Part shown: in pieces, positions 28,635 to 39,424 of the stretch
Layout: the number at the start of each line of letters is the position of its first letter
Numbering within the stretch: position 1 is the first letter of the stretch
Source: a virus
Length of the DNA: 64,000 nucleotides
Strand: one strand, 5' to 3'
Virus record (IMG/VR): IMGVR_UViG_3300019764_000005
Location: 1-64,000 of that record
Translations under genes and position numbers: made by a program
Notes under the pieces: model-generated
The model's input: the letters and a program-made list of their open reading frames with translations, nothing else
What the model was told of the DNA's origin: nothing
Database searches by the model: none

Positions 28635-28963
28635 TTGTCATTGTTTTTATCCATATCCCTAGCTTTCCATATGTCAAGTATCATGTTGTACATTTTCTGA
28701 TTACGATCTTCATTTCTATTATCATTAGCCTTTATCGTTGCAGAATTATCTTTTATATTTTCAGAGTTCTCTTCGATCGACTTTTCAAGATTAGCATCAC
28801 GATCATCAACATACTTATAAGTGGCTTTGGAATTAATAGTTTCTATAAGCTTATCATTAACAGTGTAAGCTCTTGCAGAAAAATGAGTGTACAATCCTAA
28901 TGTAACAACGCAGGCTATGCTTATTATCGACAACACGTATGTTCTTCGTTCATGTTTCGTCAT
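28631..28963 (-). CDS. membrane-anchored coiled-coil lysis protein
   Basis: N-terminal TM helix plus coiled coil; overlaps the endolysin gene. Confidence 0.55.
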   Translation of the reverse strand: MTKHERRTYVLSIISIACVVTLGLYTHFSARAYTVNDKLIETINSKATYKYVDDRDANLEKSIEENSENIKDNSATIKANDNRNEDRNQKMYNMILDIWKARDMDKNNDK

Positions 28964-29303
28964 GGTCTATGTTTAAATAAATTACTGTTATTGTCAAGAA
29001 TGTTATCATTGAAATCACATCCCATAAAATGATATTAAGTGTGCTGTCAACTATTATTTTGAAGAGCATTGAAATTTCATAAGCAAATCTAATATACAAG
29101 TAAATAAATGCTATGTTAAACAATTTATTATATTTATCACTTAGAATTAAACTCTTTGTCAGCTTTATTAGCATGTATATAAATAATGCTTGGGCTGTGT
29201 AAAAAAAGGCAGTCCATAATTGCGGATCTCCAATTTTACACAAGCTCTCAAAGATTATAGATGAAAGTATCCAAAACATCATGGATAATACAAATTTTTT
29301 CAT
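28950..29303 (-). CDS. multi-pass membrane protein (lysis cassette)
   Basis: 117 aa with four hydrophobic segments. Confidence 0.55.
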   Translation of the reverse strand: MKKFVLSMMFWILSSIIFESLCKIGDPQLWTAFFYTAQALFIYMLIKLTKSLILSDKYNKLFNIAFIYLYIRFAYEISMLFKIIVDSTLNIILWDVISMITFLTITVIYLNIDHDET

Positions 29304-29509
29304 AGGTTATCTGTGAGTTCCTGGCGGTCTACCTTCGCTTTCTGTCTCTTCTATTCCATTATTATTTATATCATCCTCTTCCTGATCTTGGCACGCGTGT
29401 AACTTTTCTTGTACTACCATGATAATGATTTTTTTTATTAGTTATTAATTTTATTTATAAAGATATGAAAAAACCGACAATTAATCCTATTGAGTATTCA
29501 AATAATATA

Positions 29510-30307
29510 TTACGCCAAATCAAACTGATAGACCGTATTTACAGATGAATCTACAACCCAATATCGAGTTCCATCAGGTTTGAAAAACAACCCAAAAGAA
29601 ATGACTATAGGGGTAGATAAATCATATGTATCATCTGATATTGCTAAATTAGATATCTCAAATGGTGTTGTAAAATCAAATTGATCTATGTTAAGAATAT
29701 TATTATTTATACTGAATAGTTGGAGTCCGTTAGGATTCCATCCAGATGCTGTAGTACTCCATCCGCTTGCGCGAAATTCGGTAGCTATTAACGTAGCAGA
29801 AGATGCATTATATGGTGTGCTCAGGTTGTATTTGCGCACATCACCATTAATCTCTGTCAAAAACATTAATAAACCATCATTCGTTACAAATGGAGAATAT
29901 ATTACACTAGTTGGTGAAATAAATTGATCTGAATATGTTGCAGATGTTAGCAGCCACGGAGTACTCATCGTATAATGATCACAAGATACTGTTCCAGTAT
30001 AGTCAGTAATATACATGTGTATTCCATCAGGAGTTATATAAATACTCCTTCCTCTAGTTGTATTGGTTAACAAAAATAAATCACTTGATTTGGTGATACC
30101 TCCACTTAAATCCCAGTTGGTTGTTAAATCATATTTTATCACAGTGTTTATAATGTCATCAATTACATAAAATGCAGATCCATCACTTTTAAACGTTAAA
30201 CCTTCCATATCTACAGTTCCATCAGTGTAATTTACAGAATTATAGACTGTTGTTGATATCTGCCATCTATCTCTTCGTTGATTATGTCCGTAAAATAATT
30301 GATTCAT
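29510..30307 (-). CDS. beta-propeller repeat tail-associated protein
   Basis: Repeats of F..DG..(F/M)Y ... Y.L(S/T)T.W.L; likely start MNQLFYG at 30307. Confidence 0.7.
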   Translation of the reverse strand: MNQLFYGHNQRRDRWQISTTVYNSVNYTDGTVDMEGLTFKSDGSAFYVIDDIINTVIKYDLTTNWDLSGGITKSSDLFLLTNTTRGRSIYITPDGIHMYITDYTGTVSCDHYTMSTPWLLTSATYSDQFISPTSVIYSPFVTNDGLLMFLTEINGDVRKYNLSTPYNASSATLIATEFRASGWSTTASGWNPNGLQLFSINNNILNIDQFDFTTPFEISNLAISDDTYDLSTPIVISFGLFFKPDGTRYWVVDSSVNTVYQFDLA

Positions 30308-30308
30308 A

Positions 30309-33300
30309 TTAATTATAGTTTGATCCATAGGTTGTAAATAATGTAGTTCCATCATACCACCAGGAGAGTATATCTATTGCATTTGCAGTATTGGTTAGTG
30401 TTATTGTTCCACTACCACCGTTTATAACTTTTGGTGTCGGAGATAGGGTTAATGTATAACCATTTCCACCAGAATCTTGTGTGATCTTAAAGTTACCACT
30501 CATACCATCAACCAAGTTAGTTAAAGTAACTGTAGTATTCCCAGATAAAGTAATTCCTGCATTAACAGAAGTAGAACAATTGTAGGTTGGTGCAGTTCCT
30601 GTTAATGTCTGTGTTGCTTTTTTAAATACATCAATACTTTCCCAACTTGAATTCCCTGATCCATCTGCTGTCAATACATTTCCATCAGCAGCAGGAGTGC
30701 CACCAGGAGAAGATGATAATGGTGAATCGTTAGAACTATTGAATGTACCAGATGAATGAACATCTGTCACTGATGTATTCCCTAATCTAACTGTATTAGA
30801 CCCAGCACCTTCAGCATTATAACCTATTACAGTTTCATTATCTACACCATTTTCTGAAACCTTAGTACTTGATCCAATATATGTTGAATTAGTAAAGTCC
30901 GTTGCATTATTATTATTATCATTAAGTTTTAATGCAGCAGCAGTACCTATGGCAACCCAATTATTACCCGTAGTTATTTTTCCAGCAGCATCACCGCCTA
31001 CGCTAGTCCAATTTGAACCTGTAATCATACTCCTGGCAGATGATTGACCAACTGATGTCCACGACCCGCCAGTAGTCATATTCTCACCAGCTCTAGACCC
31101 AATAGCTGTCCATGATCCTCCTGTAATATTAGACGCACCAGCACGATAACCAATTGCTGTATACAATTGCCCACTTGTAGTTAGTGTAGCAGCTTCATAA
31201 CCAAATGCGCTGTTCCATATACCAGTAGTATTAACTCCCGCATTAAAGCCAAATCTTTCACTAGCTGTAGCAAATGTACTTGTGATACCACCTGTAAAGT
31301 TTGTCACCACAGATGTAGTAGAACCCTCAGTGGTAACTTCTTGTAATGTTGGAGTACCTGTACTTATTGAAGTCCAACTTGATCCGCCAGAACCATCGGC
31401 TATTAAAGCATAACCATTAGTAGCTGGTATTCCTCCTGGCGACGATGCTAATGGGGAGGCGTTTGAACTATTAAATTCTCCAGTTGTAATAACCTCCAGT
31501 ACACTTAAGTTACCAAGAGTAACTGTATTAATTCCACCACCTAATGCACCATATCCAAATACATTTTCATTTGTCACTCCATTAGCTGATACTTTTGTAT
31601 CTTTCCCAATATATACCGAATTACTAATAGATGTAGCATTCCCGCCACCATTTAGTGAATCAGCAGCTTGATGTCCAATTGTAATATAACCACTACTAAG
31701 TGCAACGTATTGACCAGATGCAGCACCTATGGAAACAAAGTTATCGCCACTTGTATTTGATGTTGCGGATGATCGTCCAACTGCGACCCATGCATCACCA
31801 GTAGTATTTGAAGCACCAGCAAAAGAACCAATAGCAGTCCATGAAAAACCATTGGTACTATCCTCTCCAGCTTTATATCCAAATGCTGTTGTATTACTTC
31901 CTGTTCCTACCGATGCAGCATTGAATCCAAATCTTGTCTTAGTACCAGTCGAACTACTAATTCCACCATTAAAAACAGTGAATACATCAGTAGTAGCCCC
32001 TTCTGTGGTAACTTCTTGCAGTGCAGGAGTACTTATACCAGCATTCACTTGCCATGTAGCATTTCCACTTGCATCAGATGTTAGGATATATCCATCAGTA
32101 GCACCTGTTATTAGCTGAATTGTCTCTGCAACTAAATCTTTAGCAGTCCAATCTACTGTATTTAAATTTGAATTACCAGCATTAAAGACCAAATCTCCTT
32201 TATAAGTAACATCTGATATTCCTACTATAAAATCATTGGTTGATCCTGGACTTAATGTAATGGAATTATGGTTTGCTACAATTTTTGATGTTCCAGAATC
32301 GTTAGTGAAATCCATACCAACAGCTCCTAATGCAGAACCTAAACGTCTTAACGATAAAGGCAATTCTGAACTATTATCGAAAGTGTTGTTGTTTAAAAAT
32401 AGATTACCAACATTAGTTCTAGCAATAAAATTTACATCGAAATTATTAATGCCTGTACCACCGTTCTCTACAGGAAGAATACCTCTTACATCAGTTGTAA
32501 GATCAGTACCATTCAAATTAGGATCAGTTATCATGTTTAATGCAATATCTACTGCCGAAGCATGAATGGTTGATTCTAAGTCAGGAATATCCGAAGCAAT
32601 AATATTGTGAGGATTTCGATTGAGAATCTTAACCAAATCATCACTATAAGTAACACTTTCAAATTGCCCATCTTTCTGAACGATAGTTATCAAATCAGCA
32701 TAAGCAACCTCCACATTCTCGTCAATATAAGCTTGATTCAACTCTGAGTTATGCCAATCACCCGTGTTAACTGCATCATAAAAATCTGAATCCCTAACTA
32801 CTTGTTTCCAAATTAAAGCGTTAGACTTATCCCAAATTAGTTGACTTGGATTAGTATTACCTGTCTCGAACAATCTTTCAATGAAAGTAGTAGTGTTGGT
32901 TCCAATTTCTTCTGAACCAGCTATGAACGTATCACCTTCAACTAGAGGAAGTATTGCTTGTCCTTCATTGTTGTTTGGAATGTAGTCTGGGGTTGCTAGT
33001 TTTACTGATATGTTATCAACTGAACCATTTGCAAAATTTCTAGCAACAATTTTTGCTCTAGTTGTACTTACAGCTTTTACTATGTCTGTATGGGTTCCTA
33101 TTGTATCAAATGCAGCTGTATTACCACCCCCGTAAGCTGCGTAAAACTGCCCCGCACTTAATGATACAATATCAAAACTTATAATATATGACTCACCTAT
33201 AATAGCATTATCAGGACCTTGATTTATATTTTCGGAAGTAGTACCATCAGCAATTGCGACACCATTATCTATTGTCCAATTCGGATTTTTATTCCAATCA

Positions 33301-36179
33301 GTATCGGTATCAAATCCACCATTAACAACTAACTCAGGATTCCTGGCAATAGCGCCTTTATCAAGTAAATGAGTACTTCCATTCTCATCATATCCTTCTG
33401 TTACTCCACCACTTACTGTTAATTCTACAGCATCTCCGTTAGAGTCGTAGCCGTATCCGAGGTGGGGTAATGGATAGGAATCTCCATTACTTAACAACAA
33501 TGAATGGACGTTACCAACACCACTTGATATTATGTCATTCCCAGAAATAGATAATACCTGATCGCCTGAATAACTAATAATTGTTATGCCAGATAAGTCG
33601 GTAAATGAAAATACAGCCGTTGCATCAACCGATGTTATTGGTAGAAGCAATTGTGCATCCCTATCATTCGCAGCATCTTTCAAAACATTATCTTCACGAG
33701 TAGATAATACCCTGTAGTTTTCAGGGTAATCTTCGTTTTCAGTGTGCTCAATTCTCCTATCGTTAAGAGTTTTTGTTGCAATAGTAGACGCAGCAGTTGT
33801 ACTAATATTTAATTCAGGATCATCAGATAATGCAAAATTATTAATCCCTGTCCCTCCGTTTGTATTAGGCAGAATACCTGTAACATTAGAAGTCAAATCT
33901 ATATCACTAAAAGTAATTTGCTGTCCAGATAATGATACATAGTCTTCTCCTGTAATTGTCACTAAATCATGATGAGCATTTGTAGTTGCAGTATGATCAA
34001 ATGCCCAATTAGAACTTATTGGAATGGTCGTAGCCCCGTCCACAGGCATATCATCTACGTCTGCAAATCTAATTAAGTCTACAGTGTCAGTTAAATCTGT
34101 GCTAGCCAACGTTATAGTACTAGATGTGTGATTGTGAGAATCGTCACCTACGGTAGTTACAATAGAAGTTGTTCCTGATCCAGTAACATCTCCTGATAAA
34201 GTTATTGTTTCGTTTCCAGTTATATAATCAGATGTATCTAATAACCATGTATTTACAGCAGTTTTTCTCAATAGTCCAGAGGTTCCAGCTAGTGCTGCAA
34301 TAGCATCTAGATCACCATCCCATGCCTGAACATCACTTCCTATGGCTAACCCTAAATTAATTCTAGCACCAGACGCAGTTGAACTATTGGTTCCTCCATT
34401 TAATACTGGAAGGATTCCCGTTACGTGCGATGTCAAATTCACCTGAAGAGCATTTATGTTTTGCCCAATTAACGACAAATAGCTCTGTCCTGAGATCGTA
34501 ACAGGATCATGACCTCCTGTTGGCGCCTGCCAAGTCCCATTACCAGCAGCATCCGTAGTGAGTACATATCCGCTTGTCGGTGATAATGGTATTCTTATGC
34601 TATTATTAAATATAGCTTGCTTAATAAACGTCTTTATTCCATCAGCAGATTGATTTGTTGTAAGATCCATGGCAGTTCCAGATGTTAAATATCCAGGACC
34701 ATTTGAGAATGATGATAAGTCAGTAGGACCAGTATAATTTATAACTCCTGTGGTTGAATTATATGACAGATCACCTGTAGCATCTATAGCTAATCTTGCT
34801 CTTTGGTTCGTGAAATACAATACTCCTCCATTCTCAGTTACAAGATCAGTTGTATAATCACCTATTGTAGCAATTATTGAGCCTATTCTGCCGAATACCG
34901 AATCAACATCTGAGGGGCTTATCAATACATACACACTACCACTCCACCTGTACGTTAGATTTGAGTCTAGCGCCAAGTATATTATATTGGCAATACCAGT
35001 GGTAGGGAATGACGAAAAGCTCGCATACTCCTCAATCTCATCAACAAAAGCAGGAAGATGTATTGATGGAACTATTCCACTGCCATCAAGAGGAGCTACG
35101 CCATTCATGGCAGCTTTCTGAGACAATGGAATATGTCCTACACCTCTATAGTTAGTATTGGCTAACACATCAGCATTATTACTTACTAATGTGTTAGAAT
35201 AATATAAATTAGTAAGACCCTGAGTAAGTTCATCTGTGCTATGAATAGATAGATTGGTTACATCGGAAGGTTTATTTTGAATGAATGCGCCTGCCAAGGG
35301 ATCTGTTTCATCCCAATCAGCCTGCACAAAACTAGGTAGTTGAGACACAGGCACAAGTCCAGATCCATCCAAAGTAGCAACACCGTTTGGTGTACCCTTT
35401 TCTGACAAAGGAACATGTCCTACATTCCTGTACGCTGTATTTAGTACGACATCAGAATTCAGTGATACCTGGGCTTGGAAATCGCTTATTTGAGTAGCTA
35501 AAACATTATGTGGGTTTGATGAATCACCTATGTGATTTTGAATATCTGTATTTAAAACATTCGTAGCTACTGTACTTGCTGCCGTACCTGAGTCGTTTAA
35601 TGTAGGTGTATCAGATAATGGATTCTGAGTATCTGTAAATTCGGCATCTGCAGGAACATCCGACTCTACCGTATGATCATTAACTTTCTTCACAACAAGA
35701 ACTCCACCTTCGATAACCAAACTATTAGCATCTGGCTCTATGTGCTCATTCTGAACAAAGTTCGTAGTTTCGTCATGATTGACATCTGAAGAAGCAAATC
35801 CCCTTTCGAAGAAAAGAAGATCTGACTCTGATATTTGCGTGGCTCCACTACCATAGGTCCCCTCACCGGATACAAGCAATGCGGATATCTCACCTCTTAC
35901 TGGATCACTCCTTTTGAAGATTACTATATCACTCCCAGTTACTATTATTGGATCGGCTAGATTGGTTGAGTCTACAATAGATAAAGATGTGTTACCGTAA
36001 TCTATGACACGGAAATTAACATCGCCTTCTCCGCCACTAAAGTCAAGATTCTGATTAAGAAAATCAACCAATGTAGATAAGGGGTAATTATATGAATTGT
36101 CGTCTACCGCAACTCCAAAAAACCTGTCAGTTAATTCAAAAATTAGTTTATTTCCGTAATTTCTTTGCTCTTCGCTCAT
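30309..36179 (-). CDS. long tail fibre/adhesin protein
   Basis: 1956 aa, Gly/Thr-rich; NGVATLDGSG, VDSVFGRIG, ARINLGL and YadA-head-like TAIG..A repeats; CBM-like ELVVNGGFDTD. Confidence 0.85.
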   Translation of the reverse strand: MSEEQRNYGNKLIFELTDRFFGVAVDDNSYNYPLSTLVDFLNQNLDFSGGEGDVNFRVIDYGNTSLSIVDSTNLADPIIVTGSDIVIFKRSDPVRGEISALLVSGEGTYGSGATQISESDLLFFERGFASSDVNHDETTNFVQNEHIEPDANSLVIEGGVLVVKKVNDHTVESDVPADAEFTDTQNPLSDTPTLNDSGTAASTVATNVLNTDIQNHIGDSSNPHNVLATQISDFQAQVSLNSDVVLNTAYRNVGHVPLSEKGTPNGVATLDGSGLVPVSQLPSFVQADWDETDPLAGAFIQNKPSDVTNLSIHSTDELTQGLTNLYYSNTLVSNNADVLANTNYRGVGHIPLSQKAAMNGVAPLDGSGIVPSIHLPAFVDEIEEYASFSSFPTTGIANIIYLALDSNLTYRWSGSVYVLISPSDVDSVFGRIGSIIATIGDYTTDLVTENGGVLYFTNQRARLAIDATGDLSYNSTTGVINYTGPTDLSSFSNGPGYLTSGTAMDLTTNQSADGIKTFIKQAIFNNSIRIPLSPTSGYVLTTDAAGNGTWQAPTGGHDPVTISGQSYLSLIGQNINALQVNLTSHVTGILPVLNGGTNSSTASGARINLGLAIGSDVQAWDGDLDAIAALAGTSGLLRKTAVNTWLLDTSDYITGNETITLSGDVTGSGTTSIVTTVGDDSHNHTSSTITLASTDLTDTVDLIRFADVDDMPVDGATTIPISSNWAFDHTATTNAHHDLVTITGEDYVSLSGQQITFSDIDLTSNVTGILPNTNGGTGINNFALSDDPELNISTTAASTIATKTLNDRRIEHTENEDYPENYRVLSTREDNVLKDAANDRDAQLLLPITSVDATAVFSFTDLSGITIISYSGDQVLSISGNDIISSGVGNVHSLLLSNGDSYPLPHLGYGYDSNGDAVELTVSGGVTEGYDENGSTHLLDKGAIARNPELVVNGGFDTDTDWNKNPNWTIDNGVAIADGTTSENINQGPDNAIIGESYIISFDIVSLSAGQFYAAYGGGNTAAFDTIGTHTDIVKAVSTTRAKIVARNFANGSVDNISVKLATPDYIPNNNEGQAILPLVEGDTFIAGSEEIGTNTTTFIERLFETGNTNPSQLIWDKSNALIWKQVVRDSDFYDAVNTGDWHNSELNQAYIDENVEVAYADLITIVQKDGQFESVTYSDDLVKILNRNPHNIIASDIPDLESTIHASAVDIALNMITDPNLNGTDLTTDVRGILPVENGGTGINNFDVNFIARTNVGNLFLNNNTFDNSSELPLSLRRLGSALGAVGMDFTNDSGTSKIVANHNSITLSPGSTNDFIVGISDVTYKGDLVFNAGNSNLNTVDWTAKDLVAETIQLITGATDGYILTSDASGNATWQVNAGISTPALQEVTTEGATTDVFTVFNGGISSSTGTKTRFGFNAASVGTGSNTTAFGYKAGEDSTNGFSWTAIGSFAGASNTTGDAWVAVGRSSATSNTSGDNFVSIGAASGQYVALSSGYITIGHQAADSLNGGGNATSISNSVYIGKDTKVSANGVTNENVFGYGALGGGINTVTLGNLSVLEVITTGEFNSSNASPLASSPGGIPATNGYALIADGSGGSSWTSISTGTPTLQEVTTEGSTTSVVTNFTGGITSTFATASERFGFNAGVNTTGIWNSAFGYEAATLTTSGQLYTAIGYRAGASNITGGSWTAIGSRAGENMTTGGSWTSVGQSSARSMITGSNWTSVGGDAAGKITTGNNWVAIGTAAALKLNDNNNNATDFTNSTYIGSSTKVSENGVDNETVIGYNAEGAGSNTVRLGNTSVTDVHSSGTFNSSNDSPLSSSPGGTPAADGNVLTADGSGNSSWESIDVFKKATQTLTGTAPTYNCSTSVNAGITLSGNTTVTLTNLVDGMSGNFKITQDSGGNGYTLTLSPTPKVINGGSGTITLTNTANAIDILSWWYDGTTLFTTYGSNYN

Positions 36180-36187
36180 GATCGCTA

Positions 36188-36216
36188 ATTTAGAATAATT
36201 CCATATAGCAAATATA
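36188..36216 (-). promoter_or_regulatory. tail operon promoter -7 element with an overlapping palindromic operator
   Basis: TATATTTG on the minus strand at 36209-36216; ATTTAGAATAATTCCATAT at 36188-36206. Confidence 0.6.
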
Positions 36217-36296
36217 GGGATTTACGTGCATATATTATTGATTATATGGCATAAAACATTTATCTTTATATCATTTATGAAACAAGAATAACCAAT

Positions 36297-36866
36297 ATGG
36301 CGTCAAGTAAACATCAAAAAAGGCACTATTACGCCAAACCAGACACCACTTCTAAAATGAGAAAGTTTAAATGGTACAAAAAGAAACTTAAGAGACTTGG
36401 CAGTAGTAGGAACGATGTTCACATTGCTGCTTACATGCCTGTGATTCAAGAGTACATGCTCAGAAAAACAAAGCTAAGCATTATTGATCTAAATACGCTA
36501 ATGCGACTTGGCAGACTTAATCGAACTTTTGGGAAAGAAGAGTTTTTGGATGCTCCAAATAAATATGGTCGAAGACTAGTGGCGGCTCAGATGATAAGAT
36601 TTGAGGATCGTAAGTATATTGAGCGATGGGAGGGGCATAATATGAATTACAGAAGATGTGTTCAGTACCGCCTTACGGTCAGAGGTCGAAGTATTATTAA
36701 TGAGATGGATCAATTACTATTGAGAGAGAAAAAGATTCCTCTTGATGCAAGATATACGGATCATGAGTTTGTTACTCCAAAAAGCCAGTTGGAGAATAAT
36801 AAGTATAAAATAAATTGGTATGCTGCGATAATTGAATTTAATGAAGCAGTAGAAAATAAAAATTAA
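36297..36866 (+). CDS. putative winged-helix DNA-binding protein
   Basis: 189 aa, basic; YRLTVRGRSII wing motif. Confidence 0.55.
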   Translation: MASSKHQKRHYYAKPDTTSKMRKFKWYKKKLKRLGSSRNDVHIAAYMPVIQEYMLRKTKLSIIDLNTLMRLGRLNRTFGKEEFLDAPNKYGRRLVAAQMIRFEDRKYIERWEGHNMNYRRCVQYRLTVRGRSIINEMDQLLLREKKIPLDARYTDHEFVTPKSQLENNKYKINWYAAIIEFNEAVENKN

Positions 36867-36891
36867 TTTTAATAATCAAAATTCACTAAAA

Positions 36892-37266
36892 ATGAAAAGA
36901 ACTATCAATTTAATGGATGTTAAAATAACAGACATCAACGAAGTCGAGTACAATGAGGAACAGATGAAGACTATTGTTAAGCAAGCAGCTAACATGATCT
37001 TCAAAAAGGCTGACTCGTATGAAATGCTTGACTATGGGAAAGGATTTCATAATCTTGAACCGGTTAAAATAAATGAGGATGAAGCTGCCAAGATTAAGGA
37101 TATAATCAGAAATCCACAGGAAGGGTTCTTGTTTTTTGTATCTGCTCCAATCTGTGCATATATAGATGAGGAGTTTAAGAAGCCGCTAAAACCCAGACCT
37201 AGCAAAATTGAAAATGATGAGCCAATTGGACCTATGGTTATAAAAGAAAAAGAGGGAGGCGTTTAA
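36892..37266 (+). CDS. hypothetical protein
   Basis: 124 aa ORF. Confidence 0.6.
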   Translation: MKRTINLMDVKITDINEVEYNEEQMKTIVKQAANMIFKKADSYEMLDYGKGFHNLEPVKINEDEAAKIKDIIRNPQEGFLFFVSAPICAYIDEEFKKPLKPRPSKIENDEPIGPMVIKEKEGGV

Positions 37267-37279
37267 GCTTCCCTCTTTT
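37247..37279. terminator. bidirectional terminator; exact inverted copy of 58277-58309
   Basis: AAAAAGAGGGAGGCGTTTAAGCTTCCCTCTTTT. Confidence 0.85.
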
Positions 37280-37638
37280 TATTCCTTTACTTCCCGACAG
37301 TATATCATATTTGAACACATCAAATATACTTCTTCTGACTCATCAATAGGTTGATTTTCAATATTGAAAGGTTTTTGAAAATGAATTATCTCGTCAAAAA
37401 AATCAATTATTCCTCCAAGACCTTCTATGTACACATTAATATACTCATAATCACCAATACGTTTTTGAATGTATCTGATCTCATCTTTAAAAACACATGG
37501 ATTAAGAGTGGATCTGTTGCCGACATACACAATGTCACCGCGTCCAGGTATTACAATGTATTGTCGTCCTGTAAGTCTGGATTTAATTTCACGAACCTCG
37601 TCGCTTTCCTGAAGTTTAACGTATTCCGATTTTTCCAT
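37279..37638 (-). CDS. hypothetical protein
   Basis: ORF in the leftward cluster; likely start MEKSEY. Confidence 0.5.
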   Translation of the reverse strand: MEKSEYVKLQESDEVREIKSRLTGRQYIVIPGRGDIVYVGNRSTLNPCVFKDEIRYIQKRIGDYEYINVYIEGLGGIIDFFDEIIHFQKPFNIENQPIDESEEVYLMCSNMIYCREVKE

Positions 37639-37831
37639 AATCAATCCATTACGATTAAGCCCCTCTGTTCTGCCCGGCAGTAGTACCACCTCAGCACATT
37701 CCCATTTAAGCTATATCTTAGGATCATACCTTTAAATTCATTTCTACTGATGTTATCTAAATTAATCTTCTCCATGTTTTGCGACTTTCTGATTTTTGTG
37801 TAAAATACTAATTAATTACTTTAGAATGAAT

Positions 37832-38272
37832 TCAAATAACAAGCGGATCTATTTCGGAATAAAGGAAGTCTTCGAAATCCATTATATTTTTAGCAGTGTA
37901 ACCATTCTTCTTTCTGTTGATGCCATGTGCATCACAAAACACATTATGCTTGTTGTACACCCACTTTATATAGTCAGTGTTGGTCCTGGTGTCGAATTCA
38001 TCAATTGACAACTTAGGATTTAATATGAGGTAAGCAGAAATATAACCGCGACGCATTTGAGAATGAACAGCTTCAAGTCTGGCTTTAATATCGTACTCTT
38101 TCGTTTCTTCTTCAAAGTCTGGGAGCTCATCCCAATCGTCTTCATTTGCAAAATCTGGCAACTCATCGTAATCTGGTTGATGATGCGATCCATCGAACGA
38201 TTCATCTGGAACCATTGAGAATATATCCATCGTCACCGCATCGGGGGTTCTATTCCTGTTATTTCTTTCCAT
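37832..38272 (-). CDS. hypothetical protein with acidic DELPDF repeats
   Basis: 146 aa ORF. Confidence 0.55.
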   Translation of the reverse strand: MERNNRNRTPDAVTMDIFSMVPDESFDGSHHQPDYDELPDFANEDDWDELPDFEEETKEYDIKARLEAVHSQMRRGYISAYLILNPKLSIDEFDTRTNTDYIKWVYNKHNVFCDAHGINRKKNGYTAKNIMDFEDFLYSEIDPLVI

Positions 38273-38295
38273 ACTTCACAATATTTTAATATTTC

Positions 38296-38568
38296 CTACT
38301 CTGTTTTACTACTATAACAACCCATATTTGAGTTCTTAACTGGCGCAAGCTCTTTCAGCCTGTTCAATCCTTCAGGCATTATCAGAATCTTAAATTCGAA
38401 ATTTAACAACTCTCCTGCTGTAAAATTAGTGTATCTGAAATCATCCTCCATATGATCCCAATCGTTACGCAGTAATTTATCCTTGTGTTCTTCACACAAA
38501 TAACCGGCAGATACAAGATAATTTCTACCTATCTGGTCTTTATCGTCTATTAAAGCAAACTTTTTCAT
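38296..38568 (-). CDS. hypothetical protein
   Basis: 90 aa ORF, tightly packed with its neighbours. Confidence 0.55.
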   Translation of the reverse strand: MKKFALIDDKDQIGRNYLVSAGYLCEEHKDKLLRNDWDHMEDDFRYTNFTAGELLNFEFKILIMPEGLNRLKELAPVKNSNMGCYSSKTE

Positions 38569-38573
38569 ATCAA

Positions 38574-38762
38574 TTATTCGTTTAGATAATCACCTTCCTC
38601 TTTAATATTACATGCTCTTTCGTACTCATAGTGACCTACGGTTCTCTCTGAGTGGTTGCATAAGAGACAAACCATATTGGCAATTTCCCTTTTCCACTTA
38701 CTTCCTTTTTTAATCACAACCTTATCCATTGGATATAGGCACTCTGGACATTCTTTAGTCAT
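38574..38762 (-). CDS. small zinc-ribbon protein
   Basis: CPEC...CLLC. Confidence 0.6.
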   Translation of the reverse strand: MTKECPECLYPMDKVVIKKGSKWKREIANMVCLLCNHSERTVGHYEYERACNIKEEGDYLNE

Positions 38763-38764
38763 GG

Positions 38765-39307
38765 CTAGAAAGGTTTATAGATGTCGCAGGTCCATCTCCA
38801 TACTTTCTGGTAATCATCGTACCAAACATCAATATTTGTGGAAGCGTAGCCTTTCGAGGCAATGTAGTAAAATACTGAATCCTTGCTTGGCTGCTCAGAG
38901 CATAATCCTTCCGCATGCATTTCGTGTGGCTCTGTTCTTACCAGTGAGTTTTCATCAAGCAATGATCCGTTTTGGATACCCATAGCAGCCTGTACAATAA
39001 TTTTTCCACATTTCTCTCTTCTTTCGAGTTCTTTAGTTATTGTATCCACATCTTCTTTTGCATCTTTAAGGAAAAGCTCTAATGCTTTCGTGTTGAGTTT
39101 TTTAAGTCTTTGTTTTCGTTCAGTAATCATATCAGCCTCCTTGTTAAAATTCATTTTTAGTTTAAAATTTGGATCATCAGACTTCATATACTCAATGTAG
39201 TCTGAGACAGTAATACGCCCTTCGGATAACTCTAAGCCTGGCTTTAGCGTGTGGCTCAAATTGCATTGTTTAATCGGCAATAGCCATCCATATTCATGGT
39301 TTTTCAT
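38765..39307 (-). CDS. hypothetical protein
   Basis: 180 aa ORF with its own upstream promoter (39336-39375). Confidence 0.6.
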   Translation of the reverse strand: MKNHEYGWLLPIKQCNLSHTLKPGLELSEGRITVSDYIEYMKSDDPNFKLKMNFNKEADMITERKQRLKKLNTKALELFLKDAKEDVDTITKELERREKCGKIIVQAAMGIQNGSLLDENSLVRTEPHEMHAEGLCSEQPSKDSVFYYIASKGYASTNIDVWYDDYQKVWRWTCDIYKPF

Positions 39308-39424
39308 ACGTTAGTTCTTTAAATTAATCTTCAGTAACAAAATTAAGACACAATTACATTAGAAGCAATATAAATAAAGCCCAACTAAAATAGCAGGGCT
39401 TTTATTCGATTGGTGTTAATACAA

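Noticed and set aside
22315-36179. Diversity-generating retroelement acting on tail fibres
   Set aside because: No reverse transcriptase and no template/variable repeat pair differing at adenines was seen.
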